Assembly: GCA_017510805.1 (NCBI GenBank)
Contig: JAFWMC010000063.1
Location: 1 to 56,812, forward strand
Length of the DNA: 56,812 bases
Source: Candidatus Saccharimonadota bacterium
GTDB lineage: Bacteria > Patescibacteriota > Saccharimonadia > Saccharimonadales > Saccharimonadaceae
Reading direction: 5' to 3'
The position numbers were made by a program, and so were the translations under genes. Shown here piece by piece: positions 18,307 to 28,204 of this stretch. Numbering within the stretch: position 1 is the first letter of the stretch; every line of letters begins with the position of its first letter. The notes beneath the pieces are model-generated. The model saw only the letters and a list, made by a program, of their open reading frames with translations, was not told where the DNA came from and ran no database searches.

Positions 18307-20123
18307 ATGTTAAGTAAAATCATGCCGGGGGGGGGTATAAAAGCCAATTATTAAGTGTATCTAGCAAATCTTTTGTTGCTAAAAATAATCATATTGTCCG
18401 CTGGGTCTCCACCGGGCTATTTTCATTCCTAATAGCCTTTATGATCGCTAGCATTCTCTCTCCAGTAGAGCGAAGCGGCGCTATAGAATGTATAAACGGT
18501 ACAATATCTGGTGGCTCAGCTTCAGACATCTGTGGCACAGACACCACAGATGTCAATGTCTCCATTGAAGGTAGCTGGACTATTTCTGTTTCTTCTTCTG
18601 GTACTCTAGGTCTAGACCTCACTCCTAATTCTTCTGGTACACTTAGTACTACAACCGATAACCTAAATGTCTATACTAATACTCCAAATGGTTATCAATT
18701 ATATCTAAACTCTACTTCTGGTAGTACTGATATCTACAATAACTCTGATACCCAAAAAGAATTAAACCATTTCACTAGTACAACTGGCACTAAAGAAGAT
18801 CCAGTAGTATTAACTAACAATACTTGGGGATATAGTCTAGCTCCTTCTCCTACTACCTTCTCTAAAGTAGAACTAACTAATACTTCAGCAGATAGTCTTA
18901 TCTCCACAGGAAGTAAAACCACTGGAGCAGGAGATAACATAGACGTTACCTATGGCTTCAAAGCAGATACTAAACTCACTCCAGGAACATATAGTACACA
19001 GGTTACCTATACTGCCGTAGCTGATGTACCAGCTTATACTCTTTCTTCTATTACTCCAAATGAACTTCACTTTAACGACCAAACTAACAAACAAATCACC
19101 ATTCTAACTAGCACTCCAGCCACAGAACTAGGTCTAGGAAACATTACGGCAAAAATTACAGACGGTACTAACACAGTAAACTTAACTAACTGTACCGAAA
19201 TAACAGAGGAAGTATCTGGTACTAGCTACAGAGGAGCAACTTGCACCTACAATGCTAATCTTCCAGTAGGGAAATACAATGTAGAATTAACAAGTAGTTG
19301 GCATAATGCCACATATATATTACCAAACTCCTTTACTATCTACCAATCTACTATGCAGAACTTCACTACTACAGATTGTACTAATCTAGCAGAAAGTACA
19401 GCCAGTATAGACCATAGAACACTCTTAGAAGATAATAGAGATGGTAAGTTTTATAACGTAAGCAAGCTGGCTGATGGGAATTGTTGGATGGTAAGTAACT
19501 TAGCACTGGATGGGGGAAGGACACTACATACCAGTGATTCAAATGTAACGCAAGATAGGACTTTGCCGGCAAATATTAGTAATGGGACAACCTCGCAATA
19601 TGACGTGGCGCAAATCTACAGTGGCAATGCTAATTCAACTACTACGAATTGTGGCACAAACCAATATTGTGTAGTAAGTGATGCAAAATATGGCAATCTT
19701 TATAACTGGAATGCAGCGACAGCTACTGTGGGATTAACTGGTTGGGTAGGTATTGCTAATGAAAGTGTTTGTCCTAAAGGTTGGAAATTGCCATTCGTCG
19801 AAAATAATTCAGAACCTTCCTACGTAAACTTGATGAGTAAATATAATCTGCCGACTACTAATGGGAGTGGTGACCTTTTTGCGCAAGCTGTTCAAACTGT
19901 TCAGCAATTACCATTCAATTTTTCCTTAGCTGGCGCATACGGAAACGGCTCAACTGGGCAGACGTCAAGCGGTGGGTACTGGACTAATTCTCCTCACCCG
20001 GCTACGTCTACTACTACTTATGACTTTGGTTTTTATGTTAATAGTGGAAGTGAAACGTTTGGTCCTAGATTTAGCGATTATAGATCTACTGGTTTATCTG
20101 TCCGCTGCGTCTTCGACTCCTAA
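18307..20123 (+). CDS. Surface protein with a C-terminal Fibrobacter major-paralogous (FISUMP) domain; frameshifted at the G9 tract as sequenced (ORF-track part is 18441-20123)
   Basis: D.RDGK.Y.V.KLADGNCWMVSNL, YGNLYNW.AATA, VCPKGWKLP, G.YWT, GLSVRCV. Thr/Ser-rich beta-type N-terminal region. The main frame stays open upstream to the G tract. Confidence 0.8.
18327..18335 (+). repeat. G9 homopolymer, candidate slipped-strand phase-variation tract
   Basis: Nine consecutive G in an AT-rich context, at the frame break between ATG 18307 and the main ORF. Confidence 0.75.
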
Positions 20124-20154
20124 AACAATCCCCTGATATGATATAATAATATAT

Positions 20155-20493
20155 ATGTTATCTAGACGCTACCGTTTCCACTCTCGCGGCGGAGTCCGCT
20201 ATACCTATAAAGATGGCAAAACTGTCCGCACTGCCAATCTTTCGCTTGTTTATGCCAAGAATTCCCGCCATCACCAGCGTTTTTGTGTGGTAGTTTCTAA
20301 AAAAGTCTTAAAAAGTGCCGTTGGTAGAAACCGTATTCGCCGCCGCGTTTACGAGGCTATTCGTGCCGAGCTTCCAGAATATAAAGCTCACAATGACTGT
20401 ATTTTTATCGTCTACTCTAAAGATTACACCAAGATTCCATTTTCCGAAATTCAAAAGGCGGTCCATAGCCTTCTTGAGCAAACTGTGGTATAA
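20155..20493 (+). CDS. rnpA: Ribonuclease P protein component
   Basis: VVVSKKVLKSAVGRNRIRRRVYE motif; precedes yidC. Confidence 0.95.
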   Translation: MLSRRYRFHSRGGVRYTYKDGKTVRTANLSLVYAKNSRHHQRFCVVVSKKVLKSAVGRNRIRRRVYEAIRAELPEYKAHNDCIFIVYSKDYTKIPFSEIQKAVHSLLEQTVV

Positions 20494-20501
20494 TAAATAT
20501 A

Positions 20502-21515
20502 ATGTTTTGGTTAATTGATACAATCGTAGTCCGCCCTATCGTCAACATTTTGTTTATTATCTATAATTATATTGGTGATTTTGGTCTCGCTATTATTATC
20601 TTCACTATTATCGTCAAGCTCTGTATGTGGCCATTAATGAAAAGTCAGCTCCGCCAGACCAAATTAATGCGTAAGCTTCAGCCAGAGCTCGCCCAGATTA
20701 AAAAGAACTGTAATGGTAATCGCCAGCTAGAATCTCTCCAAACAATGGATTTATATAAGCGTTATAATGTCAAGCCTTTCCGCTCCACGCTTTCACTATT
20801 TATTCAGCTACCTATCTTTATCGCCCTTTTTGCTGGCATCAGTGCCATTGCTAATCCTCGCCCAGTAGGGGATGGCGGCACCTGTGGCTACACCAACGTA
20901 GAAAATTGCGCCTATCCCTTTGTTCACGACATGTCCAGAGTTGGCGAAGTGATAGATTTGCAGCAGCCCTACCTAGAAAACCCTCAGGAGCATACCTACG
21001 ATTTTAAGCCTCAGCTCTTTGGTGTAATTGATCTTTCCGCTCGCGCTGGCTTTAGTTCTGTTTCCGCTGCGATTATCTTCGTCATGGCCATCTTGTCCGC
21101 CCTTGCCCAATATATTATGACCCGCCAGCAGCTTCCTTCTGGCAAGTCTGAAAAACGCAAGACTTTCCGCCAGCTCATGAAAGAAGCTAGCGACGGCAAA
21201 GATCCAGACCAAGCCGAGCTTAATAATCTCGCCACTGCTCAAATGGGCAAGATTATGCCCTTTATGATGCTCCTCATCATGATTAATCTTCCTGGCGCAC
21301 TGGTATTCTACTATCTCATTACCAATCTCATCACTATTATTCAGCAAAAGATTATCTTTAGTCGGGACGAAGAGGAAATGGAAATTTCCGCTGACAAAAC
21401 CGTCTTAAAAGAACTTAAAAACATCAAAGAAGGAGAAATAGTTAAAAACAAAAAATCTGGCACCAAAATTACTCGCATCACCGCCAAAGATTCCAAAAAA
21501 CGGAATAAATCATGA
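20502..21515 (+). CDS. yidC: Membrane protein insertase YidC (short form)
   Basis: FGLAIIIFTIIVK...PL, LQPEL..IKK, IQLPIF, LPGALVFYY...N...IIQQ. Confidence 0.93.
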   Translation: MFWLIDTIVVRPIVNILFIIYNYIGDFGLAIIIFTIIVKLCMWPLMKSQLRQTKLMRKLQPELAQIKKNCNGNRQLESLQTMDLYKRYNVKPFRSTLSLFIQLPIFIALFAGISAIANPRPVGDGGTCGYTNVENCAYPFVHDMSRVGEVIDLQQPYLENPQEHTYDFKPQLFGVIDLSARAGFSSVSAAIIFVMAILSALAQYIMTRQQLPSGKSEKRKTFRQLMKEASDGKDPDQAELNNLATAQMGKIMPFMMLLIMINLPGALVFYYLITNLITIIQQKIIFSRDEEEMEISADKTVLKELKNIKEGEIVKNKKSGTKITRITAKDSKKRNKS

Positions 21516-21527
21516 AAGGAGTAATAT

Positions 21528-21983
21528 ATGAATAAAGACGAATCAATCCGCTACGCTACTAAATTCACCGAGGATTTATTGTCCTTCTTTGGTATTAATG
21601 TTGCCGTAGATTCTACTGCCGACGAGGAAGTTATTCAGCTTTCAGTCCCTAGCACCTCATTAAACTCTCTACTAATAGGGAAGAACGCTGATAATCTTCG
21701 CTCTCTGCAATACCTCGTTTCAATGGCGCTTGTCGCTAATAATGCTGAGATTACTCGTGTCAACGTTGACATTGCCGACTACAAGCGTCAGCGTGCCGAT
21801 CGCCTCACTGAAAAAGCCGAGCATTGGATTGAAAAAGTCCGTACTACTGGCGAGCCAATGACTTTAGATCTTAATCCTGCCGACCGCCGCATTATTCACA
21901 AACTTGCCGAAGATTATTCAGATATTACCACCCACTCCGAGGGCGAAGGTAAAGACCGCCGCATTATTATTTCTAAAATATAG
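21528..21983 (+). CDS. jag: Jag/KhpB(EloR)-like RNA-binding protein (KH + R3H, no Jag_N domain)
   Basis: LLIGKNADNL.SLQ, VDIADY, RRIIH, SEGEG..R; located after yidC. Confidence 0.88.
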   Translation: MNKDESIRYATKFTEDLLSFFGINVAVDSTADEEVIQLSVPSTSLNSLLIGKNADNLRSLQYLVSMALVANNAEITRVNVDIADYKRQRADRLTEKAEHWIEKVRTTGEPMTLDLNPADRRIIHKLAEDYSDITTHSEGEGKDRRIIISKI

Positions 21984-21989
21984 CCTAGT

Positions 21990-23759
21990 ATGAAGTGGCC
22001 AATTATCAAAAATCAGAAGCTCCGCACTTGTCTAGTTATTCTTTTTGCCTTGTTTTTTACGATTGCCATAGATCGCTACTTTTTCCCAGATCAACGCACA
22101 ATCAATACAAGTGTTCTATGTGTATTTTCTTTTGCGATTAGTATTTATTTTCAGCTATTATCGCACGCTAAAAAATACCAGAAGTTTAAAACTTCCGCAT
22201 TTTTTCTTAGTTTGTTGTTTTCTATTTCACTTGTAGTTGGTCGTGCAGTATACGACACATCATCAATCAGTCCATTACTGGGTTGGGGAAATACTACGCT
22301 TGCAGTTATCAATATAATTGGCTTCACTACCACTTTTACCGCACTCCTTCAGATCGTATTTAGGTTTTTTTCGGTCATAGAAAAAAGACTTGATAAATCA
22401 TCACTGCCTCGATTTATGTCATCTAAAAAAGCCTTCTATCTGCTTTGGCTTATCTTCTTTCTTGGCTTTGTCCCTGCATTTATAGCTCATTTTCCAGGTA
22501 TTCTTTCCTATGACTATATCAATCAGACTGAGCAAGCTTTATCTGGCTTATATACCACCCATCATCCACCACTCCATACCTTTATCTGGAGTATTTGCTT
22601 ACATCTTGGCGAAGCAACAAACGTTTACCCCACTGTTATTTATGAAATAATTCAAGCTTGTTTTATCTCCTTCGTCTTTGCTAGTATTATCAAGTTTCTT
22701 ATTAATCGAAGAATCAATAAATACATTATATATGTTAGTATTATATTTTTCCTTATTAATCCAGCCATATCCGTCTTTTCTTTAACTATGACAAAAGATG
22801 TCTTTTTCTCCGGATTTCTTGCTCTATTTATCCTAGAGATAACTAAACTTATTTCTTCACCAAAAGAGTATTTAAGTAAAAAAACCAATATTATCCTCTA
22901 TGGGTTATTTGTGGTTGGCACCTGTCTCTTTCGCAATAATGCTATTTATATATTTATAGTCTTTACACCCATTCTGATAATATTATCTAAAAATTGTCGC
23001 AAAAAAATTGCAATTATCTCAATCTTTCCGATAGTACTATATTTATTCGGGACTTTTTCCGTCAATAAGGTTTTTCACATTCAAAACGGCAGTCCTGGCG
23101 AAATGCTAAGTGTACCAATGCAACAAATAGCAGACGTTTTATATAATGATGAGTATGCTCTCACTGACGATCAGAAAGCTAGCTTTTCCGAGTATATACC
23201 CATAGAAAAGGTTATGAATAATTATAATCCGCGTATCTCCGACCCTATAAAAGGCTATTTTGATGGCTATAAGGTCAAAGACAATCTCTTTTCTTTTATA
23301 AAATTATGGGCTAAAATTGGCTTGCAGTACCCAGTCAACTATATCTCCGCTTTTCTTTCGTTGAATCTACCATCTTGGTATCCAGATGCATATCCTGTAG
23401 ATATATACCACCCCGCCATATATATTGAGAACCGCATTCAAGATGATAAAAGTCAAAGTATTGTCCCAGTATTATATGATTATTACTCTGTTGTTTCTCA
23501 AAATGGCTATCGTGATACCCCTCTTGTTTCCACCTTCTTTTCAATTTCTACCTGTATCTGGGTTGTACTTTTATCATTATTCTCGGCTCTTTCTCGAGGA
23601 TGTAAAAAGAGTATTATCGCTCTACTCCCGATTATTCTTCTCTGGCTTACATATCTGCTAGGTCCAGTAAGCATTTTCCGCTATTATTATCCAATAATGA
23701 TTTTATATCCGCTATTTCTCGTTATTATTATTCAGCCGAAGAAGCTTTTCCTAGAATAA
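21990..23759 (+). CDS. Polytopic membrane protein, GT-C-like (DUF6020-like)
   Basis: PGILSYD...Q, HHPPLHT, TKDV.FS, FRNN, LSVPMQQ and FRY motifs; many TM segments. Confidence 0.6.
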   Translation: MKWPIIKNQKLRTCLVILFALFFTIAIDRYFFPDQRTINTSVLCVFSFAISIYFQLLSHAKKYQKFKTSAFFLSLLFSISLVVGRAVYDTSSISPLLGWGNTTLAVINIIGFTTTFTALLQIVFRFFSVIEKRLDKSSLPRFMSSKKAFYLLWLIFFLGFVPAFIAHFPGILSYDYINQTEQALSGLYTTHHPPLHTFIWSICLHLGEATNVYPTVIYEIIQACFISFVFASIIKFLINRRINKYIIYVSIIFFLINPAISVFSLTMTKDVFFSGFLALFILEITKLISSPKEYLSKKTNIILYGLFVVGTCLFRNNAIYIFIVFTPILIILSKNCRKKIAIISIFPIVLYLFGTFSVNKVFHIQNGSPGEMLSVPMQQIADVLYNDEYALTDDQKASFSEYIPIEKVMNNYNPRISDPIKGYFDGYKVKDNLFSFIKLWAKIGLQYPVNYISAFLSLNLPSWYPDAYPVDIYHPAIYIENRIQDDKSQSIVPVLYDYYSVVSQNGYRDTPLVSTFFSISTCIWVVLLSLFSALSRGCKKSIIALLPIILLWLTYLLGPVSIFRYYYPIMILYPLFLVIIIQPKKLFLE

Positions 23760-25305
23760 TAATAAAATCATATGGCGGCTTTTGATAGTAGGTAATTGGT
23801 ATATTCTCATAGGAGCCCAGCGTTTCTAAACCATAGTATTCCTTAAGCTTCTCAGCCGTTTTCACCGCTTTATCGTTGAGAATATATACGCAAGCTACTT
23901 TCTCACAAGTCCCCTCTGGTGCATCATCTATGTATGCTACTGTAAAGCCTTTTTCTTCAAGTTTTGTTTTTTCTACTCCTGCCACCCCAGCAGTATTAGT
24001 CCCATTCAACACCAATATTTCCGCACCCTCTCGTGCTAGTTCATCACTACTTAGCATCTTTTTGACGTACGCTTGTATGTCTTTATAATTATAATTGCCT
24101 GCCACTGGTAGCACATAAGAAATGCCATTTCCCAAGGTGCCAGTTGTGACATAGCTATTTTCACCCTCTGGATCGTAAAGTGATATCTGACGAATATTTT
24201 CCATTGGAAAATCTTTTGCTAAATTATACAAAGTTTTTACTTCGTCTGCATTAAAATCCGTCCGCACATTATCACCTACCGCCCCCATAATATCCATTAC
24301 CTGCAGCAGGGAAAGACCATTCTCTACCATTTTGTCGCGTATGGCTAGTAAAATCTTTTGTTGGCTGGCACCACGCGTAAAATCGCCACTAGCCGTACCA
24401 TGTCTTGCCCTAGCTAGACCCAATGCCTGTTCGCCGTTAATCGTAGTAGGTACTCCTGCATTGATAAAGGTATTTGTCCAATCGTCAGCTACGTCTTCGT
24501 CCAACGTCACCGTCACTCCTCCCAGTGCATCTACTACTTGTACTAACGCTCCCCAGTTAATATGCGCATAATACTGAAAATCTATCCCCAGAATTTCGCC
24601 GATCTGTTCCATTGCCGCCTTTGCGCCGCCTAGTTCATCTGTGCCATCCTGATTATTACACCAGTAGACTTCATTAACTTTTCCAGTAGCAGTACAGGTA
24701 TTGCCTACATATAAATCTCTTGGCAAACTTAGCATTGCCACATCTTTTGTTTCTTGGTCTAGGCTCAAAATCATAATCGAATCTGTTAGCTGTGCGCCGT
24801 CATGGTCAGAGCCACCCATATCATAGCCACTCGTACCTAGTACTAGGATATTTGTCCGTCCATTGGCATCTTTCTTTAGCTCCACATCTTTTGCGGTAAT
24901 TACATCCCAAAGTCCTATATTGCCATTACTCAGCTTATTAAGTAGCCCCTGCCCCCATAGATATAACGCTACTGCTCCAGCCGCCAACATCACCAAGAAG
25001 ATAACTATCCCCGTAATAATCTTACGTTTCTTAGACCACTTTTTATGCTGCTTCTTTGCCTTTTTAGACTTTTTGCCCTTTTTGGCTTGTTTTTGTAAGT
25101 CCTTATCAATTTGATCACTGGTTAGATCTAGCGTTCCAATCGGCTTGGTAAAATCATCAATTGCAATTCTTCGGCTATTAGTGTTTTTTGCCTGCTTAGA
25201 ACCATTTCTCTTGCTTTTTTTGGCACCGCTATTAATCCCTACCGTTCTATTTTTTGTCCCTGAACGAGGAGCAAACCCATCAACATACTTCACTTTTTTG
25301 ACCAT
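23728..25305 (-). CDS. LCP (LytR-CpsA-Psr) glycopolymer transferase with a LytR_C domain
   Basis: NILVLG, TDSIMI, SLPRDLYV, VDALGGV, ALGLARAR, DF.R...QQ, and C-terminal VLNGT..AGVA. Confidence 0.92.
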   Translation of the reverse strand: MVKKVKYVDGFAPRSGTKNRTVGINSGAKKSKRNGSKQAKNTNSRRIAIDDFTKPIGTLDLTSDQIDKDLQKQAKKGKKSKKAKKQHKKWSKKRKIITGIVIFLVMLAAGAVALYLWGQGLLNKLSNGNIGLWDVITAKDVELKKDANGRTNILVLGTSGYDMGGSDHDGAQLTDSIMILSLDQETKDVAMLSLPRDLYVGNTCTATGKVNEVYWCNNQDGTDELGGAKAAMEQIGEILGIDFQYYAHINWGALVQVVDALGGVTVTLDEDVADDWTNTFINAGVPTTINGEQALGLARARHGTASGDFTRGASQQKILLAIRDKMVENGLSLLQVMDIMGAVGDNVRTDFNADEVKTLYNLAKDFPMENIRQISLYDPEGENSYVTTGTLGNGISYVLPVAGNYNYKDIQAYVKKMLSSDELAREGAEILVLNGTNTAGVAGVEKTKLEEKGFTVAYIDDAPEGTCEKVACVYILNDKAVKTAEKLKEYYGLETLGSYENIPITYYQKPPYDFIIILGKASSAE

Positions 25306-25325
25306 ATACTTTATAATTTTAACAT

Positions 25326-25652
25326 ATGAGCGTTAAATTGACAAAGAAACAAACGGCTTTATTAAACTTCATTAGAGAGTTTATGGATACGCATGATTAC
25401 TCTCCCTCTTACAGAGAAATCTGTGCTGGTCTCGGTCTCAAAAGTCCTGCTTCTGTCGCCGAACATATCAATAATCTCGTTGCCATCGGCGCCATCAAAA
25501 AGCACGACGGCGCCGCTCGCTCTCTAGAGATAGTAGACCTTTCTTTCCCCGAAACTACCACACTCTTTCGATCTCGCCTTCTCACCGCCACTCCCGAAGA
25601 AGAAAAGGTCCTGAAGGAAGCGGCTAATATTCTTGGTCTTGATGTGATATAA
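25326..25652 (+). CDS. LexA N-terminal DNA-binding-domain protein lacking the peptidase domain
   Basis: LTKKQ...L.FI......YSPSYREI...LGLKSPASV..H...L...G...ARSL; only 108 aa. Confidence 0.85.
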   Translation: MSVKLTKKQTALLNFIREFMDTHDYSPSYREICAGLGLKSPASVAEHINNLVAIGAIKKHDGAARSLEIVDLSFPETTTLFRSRLLTATPEEEKVLKEAANILGLDVI

Positions 25653-25663
25653 TTATAGTAGCA

Positions 25664-27235
25664 ATGAGAAAAGTTGATTCTAAGATAAAAGCATTAGTCA
25701 TAATTATTTCCAGTCTCTGCTGTATTTCTATGTTAACGTTTCTAATTCTAATGGCTAGCTACAATCAACCCATCGCCGACCAATACAATTTTATGGCCAA
25801 TCTTCGCGATAATGGCATCCTTGGTTACACGGCGGAAATGTACACAACTTGGAGTGGCCGTCTTATCCAGACTATCGGCTTAGGCATCGTTTATCGCATA
25901 TTTGGAGATATCGGCGCTCAGATTGCTGCGCCAATTATCTTACTCTTTTTGCTCGGCACTGTGTTTACTTGGCTTATTTATCAAGCTATTAAATTCAAGA
26001 ATCATCAGGCTACCTATTCAGCCTTACTAGGTTTTCTCCTAGCGTCCGGCACTTTATATACCACTACTTGTCTATTTGATGTCTATCTTTGGCTTGATGC
26101 CGCCTTTGTTCATATGCTAGGGCTTATCGCAATTGTTTATGATGTTGCTCTATATATCTGGGCTTGTAAAAATTACACTAAAATAAAAGCAACCGTCATG
26201 CATAAAATAATACTAGCTATCCTCCTCATTATAGCCGCATTTTTACAGACGGCCAGCGAGGCATCCATGGCAATGACTCTTGGCTGGAGTTTTCTTGCTC
26301 TCGTTAGTACCTTTTTCTATAAAAAATGGCATAAGTACCGCGCCCCTGCAGCTATCATTTTTACCACTTTGCTAGCAGGCTCCTTAATCATGATATTGGC
26401 CCCAGGTCTTTGGTCGCGCGCCGGTTATACGTCAGACGCTGCACCCCTATCATTTATGGATCTAACTATGAATCGCCCACTCGTCGGCATACGTCGGCTG
26501 GTAGAATCACTTTCTCTTTGGAAAATATGCCTAATGCTTATCATAGGCTTTACCATTGGAATATTTAATGTAGCCAAAATTACAAAGAAACACATTAAGT
26601 TTGGTGCTATCGCTAGCATCCTAATCTTAATCTCTAGCGTCTATATCCCCATCGTACTCTATTTTTACGGTAGCCATGCTACTGGCATAGAAACTAGGGC
26701 TCTGGCTGTTCCAAATATGGGTATCATGATAAGCGTAGTAATTTTTACAATGATAATCACATCCTACCTCACTCAAAAATACAATACCAGTAAATCATTC
26801 CTTATTATGGGGAGTGCCACCGTAATAGCAATTTTTAGCATATTTACGGTAAATTTCTTTAAGTTTAATAAAGGTTATATTTCTGCATTGGTCACCCGAA
26901 ACAATCTTGTGGTTAGTCGCAACAAATTGATATATCAATATCAAAATGGCGAGATATCGTCCCTAAAAATACCAGACGCTCCAGTAATGATCGAAAATTC
27001 TGGTGCTACTGATTTTTCACATAATGGCTGGGCAAACATTCAATGGTTCTTTGATTCTTTCATTGAATATTTCCATATAAACCCAGAGGATATAACGGTG
27101 TACGGCGAAAAACTTGTTGATTCCCAGTCCAAAAAAGATTGGTACTACGAGTCTAGCCGCACTACTTGCACTACCGGAAGTTACCTTATACTTGACAAAT
27201 ATTATTGTGAATACTCTATTGAGGAGGAAAAATGA
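25664..27235 (+). CDS. Polytopic membrane protein, GT-C-like (DUF6056-like)
   Basis: P.AD.Y, Y.TWSGR, APG...R motifs and many TM segments; overlaps the start of a GtrB-like gene. Confidence 0.6.
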   Translation: MRKVDSKIKALVIIISSLCCISMLTFLILMASYNQPIADQYNFMANLRDNGILGYTAEMYTTWSGRLIQTIGLGIVYRIFGDIGAQIAAPIILLFLLGTVFTWLIYQAIKFKNHQATYSALLGFLLASGTLYTTTCLFDVYLWLDAAFVHMLGLIAIVYDVALYIWACKNYTKIKATVMHKIILAILLIIAAFLQTASEASMAMTLGWSFLALVSTFFYKKWHKYRAPAAIIFTTLLAGSLIMILAPGLWSRAGYTSDAAPLSFMDLTMNRPLVGIRRLVESLSLWKICLMLIIGFTIGIFNVAKITKKHIKFGAIASILILISSVYIPIVLYFYGSHATGIETRALAVPNMGIMISVVIFTMIITSYLTQKYNTSKSFLIMGSATVIAIFSIFTVNFFKFNKGYISALVTRNNLVVSRNKLIYQYQNGEISSLKIPDAPVMIENSGATDFSHNGWANIQWFFDSFIEYFHINPEDITVYGEKLVDSQSKKDWYYESSRTTCTTGSYLILDKYYCEYSIEEEK

Positions 27236-28191
27236 AACAAACTAAACTTTCAGTTATTGTCCCAGTCCACAACGAGGAAGAGGGAATCAGGCAATTTCTT
27301 AAAGAGCAGCTTTTAAAAGAGCTGGATAGAATTACAAAATATGATTACGAACTAATACTCGTAAATGATGGCTCTACCGACAACACTCTTTCTATACTTC
27401 AAGATTTTGCGCAAGGTAATCAACAAATTAAAGTCATTACATTTTCTCGTAATTTTGGTAAAGAGCCAGCTCTTTCTGCTGGTTTAGCCTACGCTACTGG
27501 CGATGCTGCTATTACCATTGATGCTGATGGTCAGCAACCGCCTAAATTAATCCCTAAATTCATCAAAAAATGGGAAGATGGCGCAGAAATTGTTACCGGT
27601 GTACGCGATCATTACACCAAACATGGCACTATCCAGAAGCTTGGCTCCAAACTATTCTACAAGCTCCTCAATTTAATGGGCAATAAACATACCGTGCCAG
27701 GCTCCACCGATTTTCGTCTGATGGATAGGGTAGTAATAGACGAATTTAATCAGCTTTCCGAACATAATCGTATCACTCGTGGTTTGATTGATTGGCTTGG
27801 CTTCCGTCAAGAATACATTGAATATACCTATGGCGTCCGTATGGCTGGCAAGCCTTCTTATAACCTTAAAAAACTTTTCCAGCTAGCTATTGATAGCTTT
27901 ATCTCTATGTCTACTACTCCACTAGTTATCTTTGGCTATATTGGTATTTTTATTACTATTGCATCATTTCTGCTTGGGGTCTTTGTTATCATCAATCAAT
28001 ATATTCTTGGTGATCCTCTTCGCCTCTATTGGAATGGCGCCGTCCAAATGTCTATCTTCATCTCTTTCTTAATCGGTTTAGTCCTAATTTCTCAGGCCGT
28101 CACCGCCCTCTACATTTCACATATTCATGCCGAGACTCAAGGCCGCCCGCTGTACATTATTGACCAAAAATCATCGCGTAATTTAAAATAA
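27232..28191 (+). CDS. GT2 polyprenol-phosphate glycosyltransferase (GtrB/YkoT-like)
   Basis: VPVHNEE, NDGSTD, SRNFGKE.A..AG, IDADGQ.PP, DFRLMDR, two C-terminal TMs, RPLYII. Confidence 0.9.
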   Translation: MKQTKLSVIVPVHNEEEGIRQFLKEQLLKELDRITKYDYELILVNDGSTDNTLSILQDFAQGNQQIKVITFSRNFGKEPALSAGLAYATGDAAITIDADGQQPPKLIPKFIKKWEDGAEIVTGVRDHYTKHGTIQKLGSKLFYKLLNLMGNKHTVPGSTDFRLMDRVVIDEFNQLSEHNRITRGLIDWLGFRQEYIEYTYGVRMAGKPSYNLKKLFQLAIDSFISMSTTPLVIFGYIGIFITIASFLLGVFVIINQYILGDPLRLYWNGAVQMSIFISFLIGLVLISQAVTALYISHIHAETQGRPLYIIDQKSSRNLK

Positions 28192-28204
28192 TAAAGGAGG
28201 CGTC

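Noticed and set aside
21660-21720. KH-domain GxxG loop of Jag reads GKNA
   Set aside because: It may be a lineage-wide variant. Without an alignment I cannot claim loss of RNA binding, and the R3H motif is intact.
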